Below, piece by piece: positions 7,843 through 17,632 of a stretch of 64,000 nucleotides of DNA. Source of the stretch: Rhodospirillaceae bacterium (lineage in GTDB: Bacteria > Pseudomonadota > Alphaproteobacteria > GCA-2721365). Both the position numbers and the translations under genes were made by a program. Position 1 is the stretch's first letter; the number at the start of each line of letters is the position of its first letter. The notes beneath the pieces were generated by a model that worked only from the letters and a program-made list of their open reading frames with translations, did no database searches and was not told the DNA's origin. The DNA lies in contig PBKC01000073.1 of assembly GCA_002721365.1 (NCBI GenBank), forward strand, positions 27,225 through 91,224. Reading direction: 5' to 3'.

Positions 7843-7871
7843 AAATTAATGGGTCACCCAGGGCCGTGCAA
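7843..7871 (-). promoter_or_regulatory. Candidate sigma70-type promoter for the OMP gene
   Basis: Minus strand reads TTGCAC (7871-7866), then 17 nt, then TAATTT (7848-7843), inside a visibly AT-richer stretch about 70 nt upstream of the GTG start. Confidence 0.35.
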
Positions 7872-7905
7872 CACTGCTGCTGTAGGTAATATCCGCATGT
7901 TCCGG

Positions 7906-7948
7906 CCGAAAAGCACAGGACTGTTGCGCAAAGGCAACAGTCCTGTGC
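7906..7948 (-). terminator. Rho-independent terminator (minus strand)
   Basis: Perfect 15-bp stem GCACAGGACTGTTGC (7913-7927) / GCAACAGTCCTGTGC (7934-7948) with a 6-nt loop. On the minus strand it is followed by TTTTCGG. It lies downstream of the small ORF 8118..8216 and upstream of the OMP promoter. Confidence 0.75.
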
Positions 7949-8117
7949 CTCATATCGAAGCCGCCCCTTCGGGTGAGGACGGGACGGCTCTCGGGCGGTC
8001 GATGCGGACGGCCGGCAGTCCTGGCGGAGGACAGGAGGTCGGGCGGTCCGGCCGATGCGGCTCGGCCGCTGGGGGAGCACCGAGCCGATCGCGACTGACG
8101 AAGAAGTCGGCTAGGAA

Positions 8118-8216
8118 TTACTTCTTCTTGCCGCCGACGCTGCCGGCCGGCTTGGCGCCCGGCTTGCTGGCGGTGGAACCAGGCTTCTGACCGGGTTTCT
8201 GGGTCTTCGGATCCAT
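8118..8216 (-). CDS. Small (32 aa) Lys/Pro/Gly-rich protein, hypothetical
   Basis: Below the ORF-track size cut-off; I translated it by hand as MDPKTQKPGQKPGSTASKPGAKPAGSVGGKKK. ATG at 8216 is preceded by AAAGGACAAGGA. Third codon positions are mostly G/C, like the genuine genes here. It has its own downstream terminator (7906-7948) and is divergent from the LysR gene. Confidence 0.45.
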   Translation of the reverse strand: MDPKTQKPGQKPGSTASKPGAKPAGSVGGKKK

Positions 8217-8290
8217 CGTCCTTGTCCTTTCGTACCCGGCGACGAGCCGCCGGGTGACGGGTATTTAGGGCTTGTGGAAATATCGAGAAA

Positions 8291-8305
8291 GCGAAATATT
8301 TTCGC
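8291..8305. promoter_or_regulatory. Palindrome in the AT-rich divergent promoter region (candidate LysR-type binding site)
   Basis: GCGAAA-TAT-TTTCGC (6-bp arms) at 8291-8305. A second inverted repeat is AATATCGA (8279-8286) / TCGATATT (8323-8330). Both lie within the AT-rich 8270-8335 stretch between the small ORF and the LysR start. Confidence 0.35.
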
Positions 8306-8336
8306 GGTTAAATTCGTTATTTTCGATATTACGGCG

Positions 8337-9200
8337 ATGGACATCGAAGACGCCCGAACCTTCATGGAGATCGTCGAGGCCGGCAGCTTCGTCCATGCCG
8401 CCATAAGGCTGAACGTTACGCAGTCGACGGTCAGCGCCCGGATCAAGGAGCTGGAGCTCCGCCTCGGTCAGCCGCTCTTCGTGCGCAGCAAAGCCGGAGC
8501 GACAATGACGCCTGCCGGGCTGCGCTTCCGCCGCCATGCGGAGACCATCCTCAAGGCGTGGCGCCAGGCGCGGCAGGAGATCGCGCTTCCCCCGGACTAC
8601 CGGGCGGTGCTCGCCGTCGGCGGCCAGTTCAGTCTGTGGGATGGATTTCTTTTGGAGTGGCTGCGGCGGATGCGGACCCTCGCCCCGGATATCGCCTTGC
8701 GGACCGAGGTGGCACAGTCCGACGAACTGATGCGCCAGCTCTCGGAGGGCGTTCTCGATCTCGGGGTCATGTATACGCCCCAGAGCCGGGCCGGACTGTC
8801 GGTCGAACAGCTTCTGGTCGATACCATGATCCTGGTCTCGACGGAGCGCGGATCCGGCGGGGTCGGCGATCCCGGCTATGTCTACGTGGACTGGGGGCCT
8901 GAGTTCCAGGCCGCCCACAGCCTCGCGTTTCCCGACCTGCAGACGCCGGGGCTGGCGATCTCGCTGGGGGCGCTGGCGCTTCAGCACCTGTTGGCGGTCG
9001 GTGGATCCGGCTTCCTGCCGGCCCGTGTCGTGGCGCCGCTTCTGGCGGCAGGACGGCTGTTCAGGGTCGGCGATGCGCCTGAATTCGCGCGGCCCGCCTA
9101 TGCGGTCTACCGGGCCGGCAGCGAGGACGAGGCGATGGCCGAAGCCCTCCACCTGCTCCGCGAGTTGGCGGCGGAGAAGGCGGAAGGCAACGGCAAGTGA
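8337..9200 (+). CDS. LysR family transcriptional regulator
   Basis: ATG at 8337 (MDIEDARTFMEIVEAGSFVHAAIRLNVTQSTVSARIKELELRLGQPLFVR) matches the canonical LTTR wHTH. A substrate-binding-like C-terminal domain follows. Confidence 0.9.
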   Translation: MDIEDARTFMEIVEAGSFVHAAIRLNVTQSTVSARIKELELRLGQPLFVRSKAGATMTPAGLRFRRHAETILKAWRQARQEIALPPDYRAVLAVGGQFSLWDGFLLEWLRRMRTLAPDIALRTEVAQSDELMRQLSEGVLDLGVMYTPQSRAGLSVEQLLVDTMILVSTERGSGGVGDPGYVYVDWGPEFQAAHSLAFPDLQTPGLAISLGALALQHLLAVGGSGFLPARVVAPLLAAGRLFRVGDAPEFARPAYAVYRAGSEDEAMAEALHLLRELAAEKAEGNGK

Positions 9201-9206
9201 GGGGGC

Positions 9207-10091
9207 TCAGCCGATCTCGCCGGTGACCCAGTAGTCGATCCGGGCCTTGTTGTTGGCGATGTAGTTGTCGACGGCTTCTTCGTAGGAGGTCTCGTTCGCC
9301 TCGAACATCATCGCTTCCAGATCGTCGAGCGGCAGGTACATCCGGGTCAGGAACTCGGCCACGTCGGGGTGATCCTGATAGAGCCCCTTGCGGGCCAGCA
9401 CATGCACGCGCTCGAGCCCGCCCAGCACATGCTTCGGGTCCTTGAGGTAACGGAGGTCCCAGCGGGCGAACATCCAGTGCGGGCTCCAGCCGGTGACGAC
9501 GATCCACTCGTCGCGGCGGATCGCACGGTCGAGCGCGGCGGTCATCGCCGCACCGCTGGCCGAAATCAGCTCGTAGTCGTCCAGACCGTATTCCTCGATC
9601 GCGTTCTCGGAGGCCTGCATCAGCCCGGCGCCGGGATCGATGCCCTGAATCTTGTCACCGAACTTGTCCGCGATGCCGTCCTTCTTCAGGTCGGCGATCG
9701 AGCTCACCTGGTTCTCGGGCACATAGGCCGGCACCACCCAGCCGAGCCGGGCACGGGTATAGAGCGGACCCAGATTGACCACCTCGCCGGCGAACTTCTT
9801 CCAATAGTTCTGGTGGGTCACCGGCAGCCACGACATCAGCATGACGTCGAGGTCCTCGTTGGCCACGCCCTGATACTGAATGCCGATATCGGCCATGGTC
9901 ATGTTGACCGTGTAGCCCATCCGGTCTTCCAGAATCTTGGTCGCGAGCTTGGTGACGGCCTCGGCGTCCGACCATGCGGTCCAGCCGATGGTGATTTCCT
10001 TGTCCTGGGCCGCGGCCGGCCCGAGGCTCGCACCGGCCACGACCAGGGCGGCGGCGAGGCAGGTGGCGGCTCGTCTGAAGAACTCCGTCAT
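9207..10091 (-). CDS. proX: Glycine betaine/proline ABC transporter substrate-binding protein
   Basis: ORF trimmed to the ATG at 10091 (MTEFFRRAATCLAAALVVAGASLGPAAAQDKEITIGWTAWSDAEAV...). It has a signal peptide and OpuAC-type sequence, and sits last in a proV-proW-proX order. Confidence 0.88.
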   Translation of the reverse strand: MTEFFRRAATCLAAALVVAGASLGPAAAQDKEITIGWTAWSDAEAVTKLATKILEDRMGYTVNMTMADIGIQYQGVANEDLDVMLMSWLPVTHQNYWKKFAGEVVNLGPLYTRARLGWVVPAYVPENQVSSIADLKKDGIADKFGDKIQGIDPGAGLMQASENAIEEYGLDDYELISASGAAMTAALDRAIRRDEWIVVTGWSPHWMFARWDLRYLKDPKHVLGGLERVHVLARKGLYQDHPDVAEFLTRMYLPLDDLEAMMFEANETSYEEAVDNYIANNKARIDYWVTGEIG

Positions 10092-10164
10092 GCTGTCTCT
10101 CCTCTTCCTCTGATGGTTTGCGGTAGGCGGCAAGCGCGCCGCCCGGTGACCCGTTCGGGCCCGT

Positions 10165-11040
<876 letters not shown>

Positions 11041-11043
11041 GGT

Positions 11044-12234
11044 TCAGGCCTCCTGGTCGAGGGTTTGAAGAAGGACCGTCTTCGATATCGCTCCGCGATA
11101 TCGCCCATCGGCCTCGACCACCGGCACCGGGCAGGGGCTGCCGGCGACCTGGCCGATGACCTCGCTCAGGGCGGTATCGGCCTGAACCGCCTGGACGTCG
11201 TCCAGGATCGCGCCGCTGAAACCGGGGTCGTCGCCGTCGAGTGCCTCGCGCAGCGAAGAGACCGAGACCACGCCCTGGAAGCGGCGGTGGCGGTCGATGA
11301 CGTAGCCGTACTCGCGATCATAGTCCCGGAGCATCCGCGCCGCCGCCTCGACACCCTTGTCGGCCCGGTCGATGACAGTCACCTGCTCCCGCCGGGCGAC
11401 GTCGCCGGCCGTCAGGACCTTCGACGCCGGCACGCTGCGGAAGAAGGATTCGACGTAGTCGTCGGCGGGGTTCTTGAGAATTTCCTGCGGCGTCCCGATC
11501 TGGACGATCCGACCGCCGGCCATGATGGCGATGCGGTCGCCGATGCGGAGCGCTTCGTCGAGGTCATGGGAGACGAAGACGATCGTCCGTTCGCTGTCCG
11601 CCTGCAAACGCAGCAGTTCGTCCTGCATTTCCGCCCGGATCAAGGGGTCGAGCGCCGAGAACGCCTCGTCCATCAGCATGATCGATGGGTCCGTGGCCAG
11701 CGCCCGGGCAAGGCCCACCCGCTGTTGCATACCGCCCGACAACTCGGACGGGTAGCTGCCGGCGTTGGCCTTGAGCCCGACCTTGTCGAGCGCCGCCAGC
11801 GCCCGCTCCTGCCGTTCCTCGGCGGGAACCCCGGCAATCTCCATCCCGAAGGCGACGTTCTCGGCGACCTTCAGATGCGGCATCAGGGCGAATGACTGGA
11901 ACACCATGCTCATGTCGCGACGCCTGAGGTCGATCAGCTCGGCCCGCGACATCGCCGTCACGTCCTTGCCGTCTATGGTGATGCGGCCGCTGGTCGGCTC
12001 GATCAGCCGGTTGAGAAGCCGGATGAGCGTCGACTTTCCCGATCCCGACAGCCCCATCAGCACGAAGATCTCGCCCGTCCGCACGGTCAGCGATGCGTCG
12101 GCGACTCCGATGGTCTGGCCCGTCCGTTCGTATATCGCGTCCTTGTCCTGCCCTTCTTTCAGCAGCGCCAAGGCGGCGTCGGGACGGCCTCCGAAAATCT
12201 TGTAGACGTTCTCGACGACGAGCTTATCGGACAT
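11044..12234 (-). CDS. proV: Glycine betaine/proline ABC transporter ATP-binding protein with C-terminal CBS pair
   Basis: Walker [10 protein letters not shown], signature [15 protein letters not shown], Walker [13 protein letters not shown]. The C-terminal CBS-like region ([17 protein letters not shown]...) is typical of ProV/OpuAA. Confidence 0.93.
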   Translation of the reverse strand: MSDKLVVENVYKIFGGRPDAALALLKEGQDKDAIYERTGQTIGVADASLTVRTGEIFVLMGLSGSGKSTLIRLLNRLIEPTSGRITIDGKDVTAMSRAELIDLRRRDMSMVFQSFALMPHLKVAENVAFGMEIAGVPAEERQERALAALDKVGLKANAGSYPSELSGGMQQRVGLARALATDPSIMLMDEAFSALDPLIRAEMQDELLRLQADSERTIVFVSHDLDEALRIGDRIAIMAGGRIVQIGTPQEILKNPADDYVESFFRSVPASKVLTAGDVARREQVTVIDRADKGVEAAARMLRDYDREYGYVIDRHRRFQGVVSVSSLREALDGDDPGFSGAILDDVQAVQADTALSEVIGQVAGSPCPVPVVEADGRYRGAISKTVLLQTLDQEA

Positions 12235-12619
12235 GAACCAAAATCGATCGGGGGCGTCGGTCCAGGTTGGACCGTCGCTACAATAGACTGCGCTACGACG
12301 ATAGCCAAACCATATATCCCTGGGCCGCCGCCGATCAAGTCAGCGGCCAATATTTCCCGAAATCACAGTCCGTCAGCAGCGTTTGTATTCGGCGAAGGAC
12401 GCCAAATCATCATGAGAAGTAAACGCCCAATGTTATCCATGAAGGATATATTCGAGATTTTTTCAGAGAATAATTTCGTTTCTTTGGGCGTGTGTTGGGA
12501 ATCGGGACGAGGCAACCATGTGAGATGATTGCGCGACGACGCATCGGGAGCAAGGTGCTGCGGGGTGAGGCGCCGTGTTCCGACTTCCGTTGGATGGTCC
12601 AACGGCGGCGAAGCGGTTT

Positions 12620-13273
12620 CTAGGACTGGGTGCCGCCCCAGCGCTCCTGGAGGCTCGCCAGATTGGCGCTATGGGTAATGAGGACGACCTCGTCACGCTC
12701 CTTCACCGTCGTATCACCGTCGGGTATCAGGAAGCCGTCGCCCCGATAGATGCAGACCGCCCGTGACTTCTCGGGCAGGCCGAGATCGGCGATCGTGCCT
12801 GCTTCGTCCTTGCCGGCGATGAAGGAGAAGAAGCGGACGTCGCCCTTGATCATCGTCGAGATCTCGAACACGTCGCGGCCGTTCACCAGATCGGCGAGAA
12901 TCCGGGCGATCGTCCGATGGGGAACGATCGTGTCCTGAAGGCCGAGTTCGATGCAGATATGCTCGAATTCGGGGTCGTGGATCTGCGTCACCACGCGCTG
13001 GAAACCGAGCGACCGGCCGACCAGAGCGGCCAGGATGTTGTCCTGGTCGTCGTTGGTGAGGCAGAGCAGAAGGTCCGTGCCCTTCGGCCCTACCTCGCGA
13101 AGGATCGCCGGGCGGCTGCCGTCTCCGTGGATGAAGCCGCAGTCGAGTTGTTGGGCGAGCTGCTCGACCTTGTCCTTGTCGCGCTCGACCATGATCACGT
13201 CATGACCCTGGTGAAGCAGAATCTCGGCCGTGGCGATCGCCTCCTGGCTGCCGCCGATCAGGACTACTCTCAT
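12620..13273 (-). CDS. trkA: TrkA-family K+ uptake regulatory protein (RCK N+C domains)
   Basis: ORF trimmed to the ATG at 13273 (MRVVLIGGSQEAIATAEILLHQGHDVIMVERD). This is a Rossmann GxGxxA-type TrkA-N followed by TrkA-C. The ATGA overlap with the trkH stop at 13270-13273 suggests translational coupling. Confidence 0.88.
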   Translation of the reverse strand: MRVVLIGGSQEAIATAEILLHQGHDVIMVERDKDKVEQLAQQLDCGFIHGDGSRPAILREVGPKGTDLLLCLTNDDQDNILAALVGRSLGFQRVVTQIHDPEFEHICIELGLQDTIVPHRTIARILADLVNGRDVFEISTMIKGDVRFFSFIAGKDEAGTIADLGLPEKSRAVCIYRGDGFLIPDGDTTVKERDEVVLITHSANLASLQERWGGTQS

Positions 13274-14733
13274 CGCGTTTCCGCCTTTCTTCCGATCCAG
13301 GTCGAGGGGAACAGCAGCAACAGAATGGCAACGATCTCCAGCCGCCCAAGCAGCATGCCCGCGCACAGCGCCATCTTGAGCGGCGTTTCGAGCTGGGGCG
13401 CGGTGATGCCGACGCTGAGGCCGGTGGTGCTGACCGCCGAAACCACGTCGCACAGGGCATCGAGCGGAGCATGACCGTTCAGCAGAAACAGGGACCAGAT
13501 CGCGACGATGGTTGCCGCGTGAAGGAAGACGATGCCGAGACCGATCTGAATCTGTTCATGGCTGAGCGGCCGTCCACCCACCGAGACGGCGACCACCGCA
13601 TGGCCCGGCAGGCGCGCCCGCAGGAAGACGAGCTGGAGCAGGCGCAGAAGCACCAGCAATCGGACGATCTTGATCCCGCCCGCCGTCGAACCCGCGTCGC
13701 CGCCGATGAACATCGACAGGATCAGGACGAGCTTGGATCCCTGATCGATCCCCGCAAGCGACAGAGTGGTGAAGCCGGCGGTCGACTGCGCCGATACCGC
13801 GACGAGCGGCGCGTTCATGACCACCGAACGCCAGTCGTAAAGTCCCGATCCCGCCATGGTCAGGGCGAGCAGCACCGTGGTCGCCGCCGCCGCGAGGATC
13901 AGCGTCCGGACCTCGGTATCGCCCCAGATCGCCCGCGGTCCCTTGAGCCTCGCGCGTTCGTACGTCGCAAACGAGACGGCGGCCGCGAGGCAGAGGGCGA
14001 TGACCACGGCCTGAGCGGCCCATCCCGACGGTGCCGCGAGGCTGCGGTCATACGGCGCGAACCCGCCGGTCGAGACGGCGCCCAGGACGTAGAGGAGGGC
14101 ATCGAACGGTGACATGCCGAGAAGCAGAAGAAGACATATGCCCGTCACCGTCAGCATGGCGTAGACGGTGAACGAGCGGATGGCGCGGGTCCGCGTGCTG
14201 CCGATCAGGTCTTCGGGACCGGTGTCGGTCCCGACCAGCCGTTTGGCGACCGGTCCCGGCTGCAGGATCAGCGCCACGGCCAGCACTACGATCACCAGGC
14301 CCCAGTACCATTGAAGCCAGGCCCGGGCGAACAGAAAGGCGGGATGGCGGGTGTCGAGATCCACCAGGGTGGTGAGCCCGGTGGTGGTGACGGCCGAGAC
14401 CGATTCGAAGAGGGCGTCCTCCCAAGAGAGACCGTCGCCGGCGAGGGGCCAGGCGACGATCGCCGAAGCGCCGATGAACAGCAGCGCCAGGACGACCATC
14501 GCTTCGTTGGCGCCGATCTCCCGTGGCGCCGAGAGCCGCAGAGAGGGCAGCCCCAGGGCGAATAATGCGGCCATTGCGCCGGCGAAACGGAACGCCCGCT
14601 CGTCCGCTCCCGTCGCAACCGAGACGGCCAGCGGCACCAGCAGCATGGCGCCCAGCGAGAGCAGCAGGTAGCCGGTGTACTTGGCGACGACCCGGTAGCG
14701 GATGCCGAGGATCAGCGTGTGATAACGCGCCAC
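13270..14733 (-). CDS. trkH: TrkH/KtrB-family potassium transporter membrane subunit
   Basis: GTG start at 14733. Polytopic membrane protein with repeated pore-loop motifs (SAVTTTGL, GAVSTGGF, SAQSTAGF, SAVSTTGL) characteristic of the four M1-P-M2 repeats. Confidence 0.9.
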   Translation of the reverse strand: MARYHTLILGIRYRVVAKYTGYLLLSLGAMLLVPLAVSVATGADERAFRFAGAMAALFALGLPSLRLSAPREIGANEAMVVLALLFIGASAIVAWPLAGDGLSWEDALFESVSAVTTTGLTTLVDLDTRHPAFLFARAWLQWYWGLVIVVLAVALILQPGPVAKRLVGTDTGPEDLIGSTRTRAIRSFTVYAMLTVTGICLLLLLGMSPFDALLYVLGAVSTGGFAPYDRSLAAPSGWAAQAVVIALCLAAAVSFATYERARLKGPRAIWGDTEVRTLILAAAATTVLLALTMAGSGLYDWRSVVMNAPLVAVSAQSTAGFTTLSLAGIDQGSKLVLILSMFIGGDAGSTAGGIKIVRLLVLLRLLQLVFLRARLPGHAVVAVSVGGRPLSHEQIQIGLGIVFLHAATIVAIWSLFLLNGHAPLDALCDVVSAVSTTGLSVGITAPQLETPLKMALCAGMLLGRLEIVAILLLLFPSTWIGRKAETR

Positions 14734-14776
14734 GATGTCTCCTCGGCGATCCGGGTCGTTCGCTCGGTCGTCCGGA

Positions 14777-15544
14777 CTAGAGCATCCACTGCCCGCCCGT
14801 AATGTTCACGGACTGTCCGGTCATGTATCCGGACTCCTTCGAGGCCAGGAAGGCAGCCAAGCCCGCCACGTCCTCGGGCTCGCCGAGGCGGCCCATGGGA
14901 ATGCCTGCGGTGCGGCTTTCCGCGCTCGGCAGGCCGAGCTGGCGGGAGACTTCCTCGGCCTCGTCGCGAAGGCCGGTGTGAATGATGATGCCGGGGCAGA
15001 GGGCGTTTACCCGGATATGCGGCGCGACTTCCTTGGCAAGCGATTGGGTGATTCCGATCACCGCCGCCTTGGTGGCGCCGTAACCGCCGAAATGGGAATT
15101 GCCGATCTTCCCGGTCCACGAGGCCATGTTGATGATCGTGCCGCCGCCCTGCTCCATCATCCGCGGCACCGCTGCCTTGCATCCGTGGAACACGCCGTCG
15201 ACGTTGACTCGGAACAGGAGTGCCCAATCCTCCTCGGACATGTCGACGATTCTGCCGAGGCGCAGGACACCGGCATTGTTGACCATGATGTCGAGGCGCC
15301 CCAGCGTCGAAACCGTCTCGCCCACCGCCCGGTCGACATCGTCGAAACGGGTGACGTTGGCGACCAGGGCGATCGCCTGGCGGCCCAGGGCGGTGATCTC
15401 TTCGATGACTGCGGTCGCCGCCTCGGACGAAATGTCCAGAATGGCGACATCGCAGCCTTCGCGCGCAAGCCGCAAGGCAATGGCGCGGCCGATGCCCGAT
15501 CCACCGCCGGTGACCAGGGCCACGTTCCCCTCCAGTTGATACAT
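14777..15544 (-). CDS. SDR family oxidoreductase
   Basis: MYQLEGNVALVTGGGSGIGRAIALRLAREG contains the TGxxxGxG motif. Also NNAG, and a catalytic YxxxK region (GGYGATKAAVIGITQSLA). Confidence 0.92.
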   Translation of the reverse strand: MYQLEGNVALVTGGGSGIGRAIALRLAREGCDVAILDISSEAATAVIEEITALGRQAIALVANVTRFDDVDRAVGETVSTLGRLDIMVNNAGVLRLGRIVDMSEEDWALLFRVNVDGVFHGCKAAVPRMMEQGGGTIINMASWTGKIGNSHFGGYGATKAAVIGITQSLAKEVAPHIRVNALCPGIIIHTGLRDEAEEVSRQLGLPSAESRTAGIPMGRLGEPEDVAGLAAFLASKESGYMTGQSVNITGGQWML

Positions 15545-15667
15545 GCGTTCCCTTTCCCGTGTTCGTCCCGATTAAAGCGTTGGGTTCTCGGGCTACATAA
15601 CATGGATGACCCATCCCGGCCTGCGTGGGAAAACGGGGCACGACATGCGGCGAGGAGCGAACGAAGC

Positions 15668-16651
15668 GTGCGGATCGCGACATTCAATCTGGAGAATCTC
15701 GACGACGGACCGGACGTTGAGCCGCCGCTGGCGGCCCGCCTGTCGATCCTTCGCCCGCAGATCCTGCGGCTCCGCGCCGACGTGCTGTGCTTTCAGGAGG
15801 TCAACGGGCAGCGGGCCGGGAAGGCGCAACCGCGTAATCTCGCCGCGCTCGATACCTTGATCGATCCCCTGCCATGCCGCGATTTCTATCGTGCGGCCTC
15901 GGAAAGTCCGGGCGGTGGACCCAGCGACCGCCACAATCTGGTGGTGCTCAGCCGTTTTCCGATCGTCTCCGCTGCCCAGTATCGCAACGATCTGGTTGAA
16001 GCGCCGGCCTACCGTCCCGCCACGGCCTACCCGCATGCGGACTCGGCCCAGCCGTTGATATGGGATAGGCCCATCCTCCACGTGACAGTGCGTCTCGAAG
16101 ACGGCCGGCCGCTCCATCTCATCAATCTGCATCTCCGCGCGCCTTCTGCGGCGCCGGTGGAGGGGCAGAAACTCGATTCGTCGACCTGGCGCACGGCCTC
16201 AGGCTGGGGCGAGGGCTGTTATATCGCCAGCATGAAGCGCTCGGGTCAGGCGCTGGAGGCGCGGCTTCTCGTCGACCGCCTGTTCGATGCCGAACCGGAG
16301 GCGCTGATTCTGGTCTGTGGCGATCTCAACGCCACCGAGGACGAGGTGCCGGTCCGTATCCTTCGCGGCAGCGACGAGGACACGAACAACGGTGCTCTGG
16401 CGGCGCGCGCGCTGGTGCCGCTCGAAAGGTCGGTCGATCCCGGCCGGCGCTTCTCGGTGCTGCATCACGGCCGGCCGCAGATGCTCGACCACATCCTGGC
16501 ATCCCACGCCATGCTGGGCCTGTACACAGGCATCGAGATCCACAACGAGCACCTCAGCGACGAGATGGCCCCCGACATCCATGTCGCTGCGGCGCCCGAG
16601 TCCTATCATGCGCCGGTGGTAGCGTCCTTTGTGCCGCCCGAGGGCGGTTGA
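15668..16651 (+). CDS. Endonuclease/exonuclease/phosphatase (EEP) family protein
   Basis: The real gene is the C-terminal part of listed ORF 14735..16651. VRIATFNLENLDD..., LCFQEVN, VVLSRFPI and CGDLNATEDE match EEP motifs. GTG at 15668 is preceded by GAGGAG. The in-frame ATG at 15602 has no RBS and is the alternative start. The 5' remainder of the listed ORF is antisense to the SDR gene. Confidence 0.8.
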   Translation: MRIATFNLENLDDGPDVEPPLAARLSILRPQILRLRADVLCFQEVNGQRAGKAQPRNLAALDTLIDPLPCRDFYRAASESPGGGPSDRHNLVVLSRFPIVSAAQYRNDLVEAPAYRPATAYPHADSAQPLIWDRPILHVTVRLEDGRPLHLINLHLRAPSAAPVEGQKLDSSTWRTASGWGEGCYIASMKRSGQALEARLLVDRLFDAEPEALILVCGDLNATEDEVPVRILRGSDEDTNNGALAARALVPLERSVDPGRRFSVLHHGRPQMLDHILASHAMLGLYTGIEIHNEHLSDEMAPDIHVAAAPESYHAPVVASFVPPEGG

Positions 16652-16710
16652 TCGGGGTCGCCAGCGCGCCGCGAATTCGGCATTCTGACGAAAAGTCCAG
16701 GGAGGACGGG

Positions 16711-17625
16711 TTGGTTCCGGCAGTCGCCGCGTTCCGCGGCATCTATCCCATGCTCTATGCATATTTCGACGGAACGGGGGCGCTGGATCGCGCCGCCATG
16801 CGCCGTCAGGTCGACGCGTGCATCGGCGCCGGCGTCCATGGCATGGCCGTGCTCGGGCTGGCGACCGAGGTCGGCAAGCTTTCCGATAGTGAGCGCCGCC
16901 AGCTTCTCGAATGGGTCGCCGAGGACGTCGATGGGCGCGTTCCTTTCGCCGTCACGGTGACCGGCGCCACGGTCGAAGCGCAGACGAGCTTCGCCAACGC
17001 CGCCGCCGCTGTCGGCGCCTCGTGGGTGATCCTGCAGCCGCCGCCCGAGCGCGGATTGCCGGAAGCCGACTATGTCCGGTTCTTCGGTGCGGTGGCCGAC
17101 GGCGCGACCCTGCCGGTGGCGATCCAGAACGCGCCCGATTATCTTGGTGTCGGTCTGTCGCCCGAGTCGATCCGGACGCTCAACCGCAATCATCCAAATT
17201 TCTGCCTTCTCAAGGGCGAAGGTCCGGCTCTCGACATCCGCCGGGTGATCGAGGAGACGGCGGGTGAGGTCGCGGTCTTCAACGGCCGTGGCGGACTCGA
17301 GCTCACCGACAATCTGCGGGCGGGCTGTGCGGGGATGGTCCCGGCACCTGAATGCGTCGACGTCCAGGTCCGTATTTTCGACCTCATGGCGACGGGAATT
17401 CCCGAAGACGCCGTAGAGGCGGAACGGCTCTACGCAGAGATTCTCCCGCTCGTCGTCTTCGTGATGCAGTCGGTCGACACACTGCTCTGTTACGGCAAGC
17501 GGGTGGCGGCACGGCGCCTTGTCCTGGGGGACGTGCACGACCGTATGCCGGCCCTGGTGCCTACGCCGTTCGGGGTGGCTGCGGCCGAGCGGCACGCGGC
17601 GGCTCTCGCCGATTTTCCGGGCTGA
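16711..17625 (+). CDS. Dihydrodipicolinate synthase/N-acetylneuraminate lyase family (class I aldolase) protein
   Basis: FRGIYPMLYAYFDGTGALDRAAMRRQVDACIGAGVHGMAVLGLATEVGKLSDSERRQLL matches DapA-family N-terminal conservation. TTG at 16711 is preceded by AGGGAGGA. The track start (TTG 16648) is an alternative. Confidence 0.8.
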   Translation: MVPAVAAFRGIYPMLYAYFDGTGALDRAAMRRQVDACIGAGVHGMAVLGLATEVGKLSDSERRQLLEWVAEDVDGRVPFAVTVTGATVEAQTSFANAAAAVGASWVILQPPPERGLPEADYVRFFGAVADGATLPVAIQNAPDYLGVGLSPESIRTLNRNHPNFCLLKGEGPALDIRRVIEETAGEVAVFNGRGGLELTDNLRAGCAGMVPAPECVDVQVRIFDLMATGIPEDAVEAERLYAEILPLVVFVMQSVDTLLCYGKRVAARRLVLGDVHDRMPALVPTPFGVAAAERHAAALADFPG

Positions 17626-17632
17626 GGGCGCC

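Noticed and set aside
14735-15601. 5' 290 codons of the listed 638-aa ORF 14735-16651
   Set aside because: This part is antisense to the SDR gene, which has clear TGxxxGxG and YxxxK motifs. EEP homology begins only near 15668, where a GTG with a GAGGAG RBS is present.
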